Below are positions 62,929 to 64,000 of a DNA stretch of 64,000 nucleotides, piece by piece (position 1 is the stretch's first letter; each line of letters begins with the position of its first letter). Below the pieces are notes generated by a model that had not been told where the DNA came from, searched no databases, and was given only the letters and a program-made list of their open reading frames with translations. The position numbers were made by a program, and so were the translations under genes. Source of the stretch: a virus; IMG/VR virus record IMGVR_UViG_3300045988_146982, positions 1 to 64,000 of that record; one strand, written 5' to 3'.

Positions 62929-64000
62929 ATCAATACCTTTGGAATCTATACAAGAACTCCCCTTCCGGGAAAGTTGTCATATCCAGCTTTTCAGACAGAA
63001 AGGAATGGATAGACGAGGAGCAGCTTTTAGAACGCTATAACCCAAGTATCAAAGACAATTTCAACAAAGAAATTATATGCGAAATACTGGAAGATTTTTG
63101 GTGCTATAAAGTTTCCGATTTTGAAGGTATAGAATATCCGTCACTTGATGAAGCTAGTAGTATATATGAAGGTATTATCTCTACCGGACTACGGATAGAG
63201 AATGAAGAAGTATTAAAGATAGGAGATTTCAACTTGATGCTTGAATACATCCCATTCCTCTCAATGGAGTTAAACTACCTATTTGGTGAATATTTCTTTC
63301 CATATTTGTACATTGACAGATTCTATGAACTCAAAAAGTTAGCTGACTATTTTGAAATAGAATTGCCGCCAATTCCCAAGAAGCCCGATTACAAAAATAG
63401 GTGCATGTATTATTGGGAACTATGCAAAGTGTTCTACTATTTCAGAATGGAAAACAACTTGACACCCGATGAATTGAGCGCATTTATGTATGATTATGTG
63501 CCAAACCTTCTGAATACGGAAGAAAAAGGAGTTATTCCGAAACCATCACAAGCATGGTTTATCGGTGGATTAATAAGAGGATATGGTGAACATTGGACTA
63601 CCGGATTTTGGCAAACCAATCAAGAAACTAAGAAAGGAGATATTCTTGTTCATTACGAGACATCACCTATAAGCGCAATTACTTGTTTGTGGATAGCACA
63701 AACCGATGGTGTTATCGACCCGTTCTTCCACTATTACAGCAACACTTATATAAGTAACAGAATAGCCATTCCTCACATCACATTAAAAGAGCTTCGGGAA
63801 GATGAACACTTCTCCAGCCACCCGCTCATAAGAAAGAACTTTCAAGGAGTGAACGGATGGTCAATGAGTAGCGAGGATTATTCAGAACTCCTGCGAATGA
63901 TAAAGGCAAAAGGATTTGATATAGACACCCTGCCGAAGCTATATACTCCTACACTACCCAAGAATGTAAGTATAGAAAAAGAAAGAGATGTGGAACTACA
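62929..64000 (+). CDS. EVE/PUA-like domain protein, 3' end beyond the window (modification-sensing defence candidate)
   Basis: Open from ATG 62929 to the window end (my translation); KKGDILVHYETSPISAITCLWIAQTDGVIDPF...IPHITLKELREDEHFSSHPLIRKNFQGVNGWSMSSEDYSELLRMI is EVE-like. Confidence 0.45.

Larger units (their letters stand above)
1..64000. mobile_element. integrated temperate siphovirus-like prophage (Bacteroidales-type); fills the window, att ends not resolved
   Basis: Integrase at left edge; lysis, DGR, tail, head, packaging, replication and early modules on minus strand; CI-like repressor at 62.2 kb; TAnnTTTG -7 promoter boxes. Confidence 0.85.

Noticed and set aside
1-64000. CRISPR arrays, IS elements/transposases, rRNA genes
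   Set aside because: I found no regularly spaced direct repeats, no transposase-like ORFs and no terminal IRs bracketing an ORF. The only RT is the DGR enzyme.

Overview
The whole 64 kb window reads as one integrated temperate siphovirus-like prophage; the promoter style (TAnnTTTG -7 boxes, few Shine-Dalgarno sites) and several gene families suggest a Bacteroidales host. Left to right: a tyrosine integrase (+), then a long minus-strand block: lysis cassette (2.1-4.2 kb), a complete diversity-generating retroelement (4.9-6.96 kb) acting on the C-terminus of a 1994-aa tail-fibre-like protein (6.8-12.8 kb), tail genes and tape measure (13-23.8 kb), an accessory/second-immunity island splitting the tail module (23.8-29.0 kb), tail chaperones, major tail protein, connectors, capsid and scaffold (29-35.9 kb), an HNH-like + HigBA island (36-37.7 kb), portal and terminase (37.8-41 kb), ParB/PAPS-reductase/ASCH genes, many small early genes, an Abi-alpha-like moron with two orphan DNA methyltransferases (47.6-50.7 kb), a replication/recombination module (51-58.6 kb: DnaD-like initiator, SF2 helicase, NinG, NinB-like, SSB, YqaJ-like exonuclease, ERF), early regulators, and a CI-like HTH-S24 repressor at 62.2 kb followed by an EVE-like ORF that runs off the window. 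Most notable observations: (1) the DGR template repeat lies in frame inside the reverse-transcriptase ORF, which is ATGA-coupled to avd; (2) a 70-codon PEGA/Ig-like domain sits in frame directly behind the TGA stop of the putative major tail protein; (3) four minus-strand tRNA or tRNA-like genes have canonical acceptor/D/T arms but abnormal anticodon regions, one with an initiator-type body and a GAC anticodon; (4) three over-represented DNA motif families mark promoters and start codons; (5) several defence/anti-defence candidates. All protein-family calls come from motifs I recognise by eye; no database search was possible.
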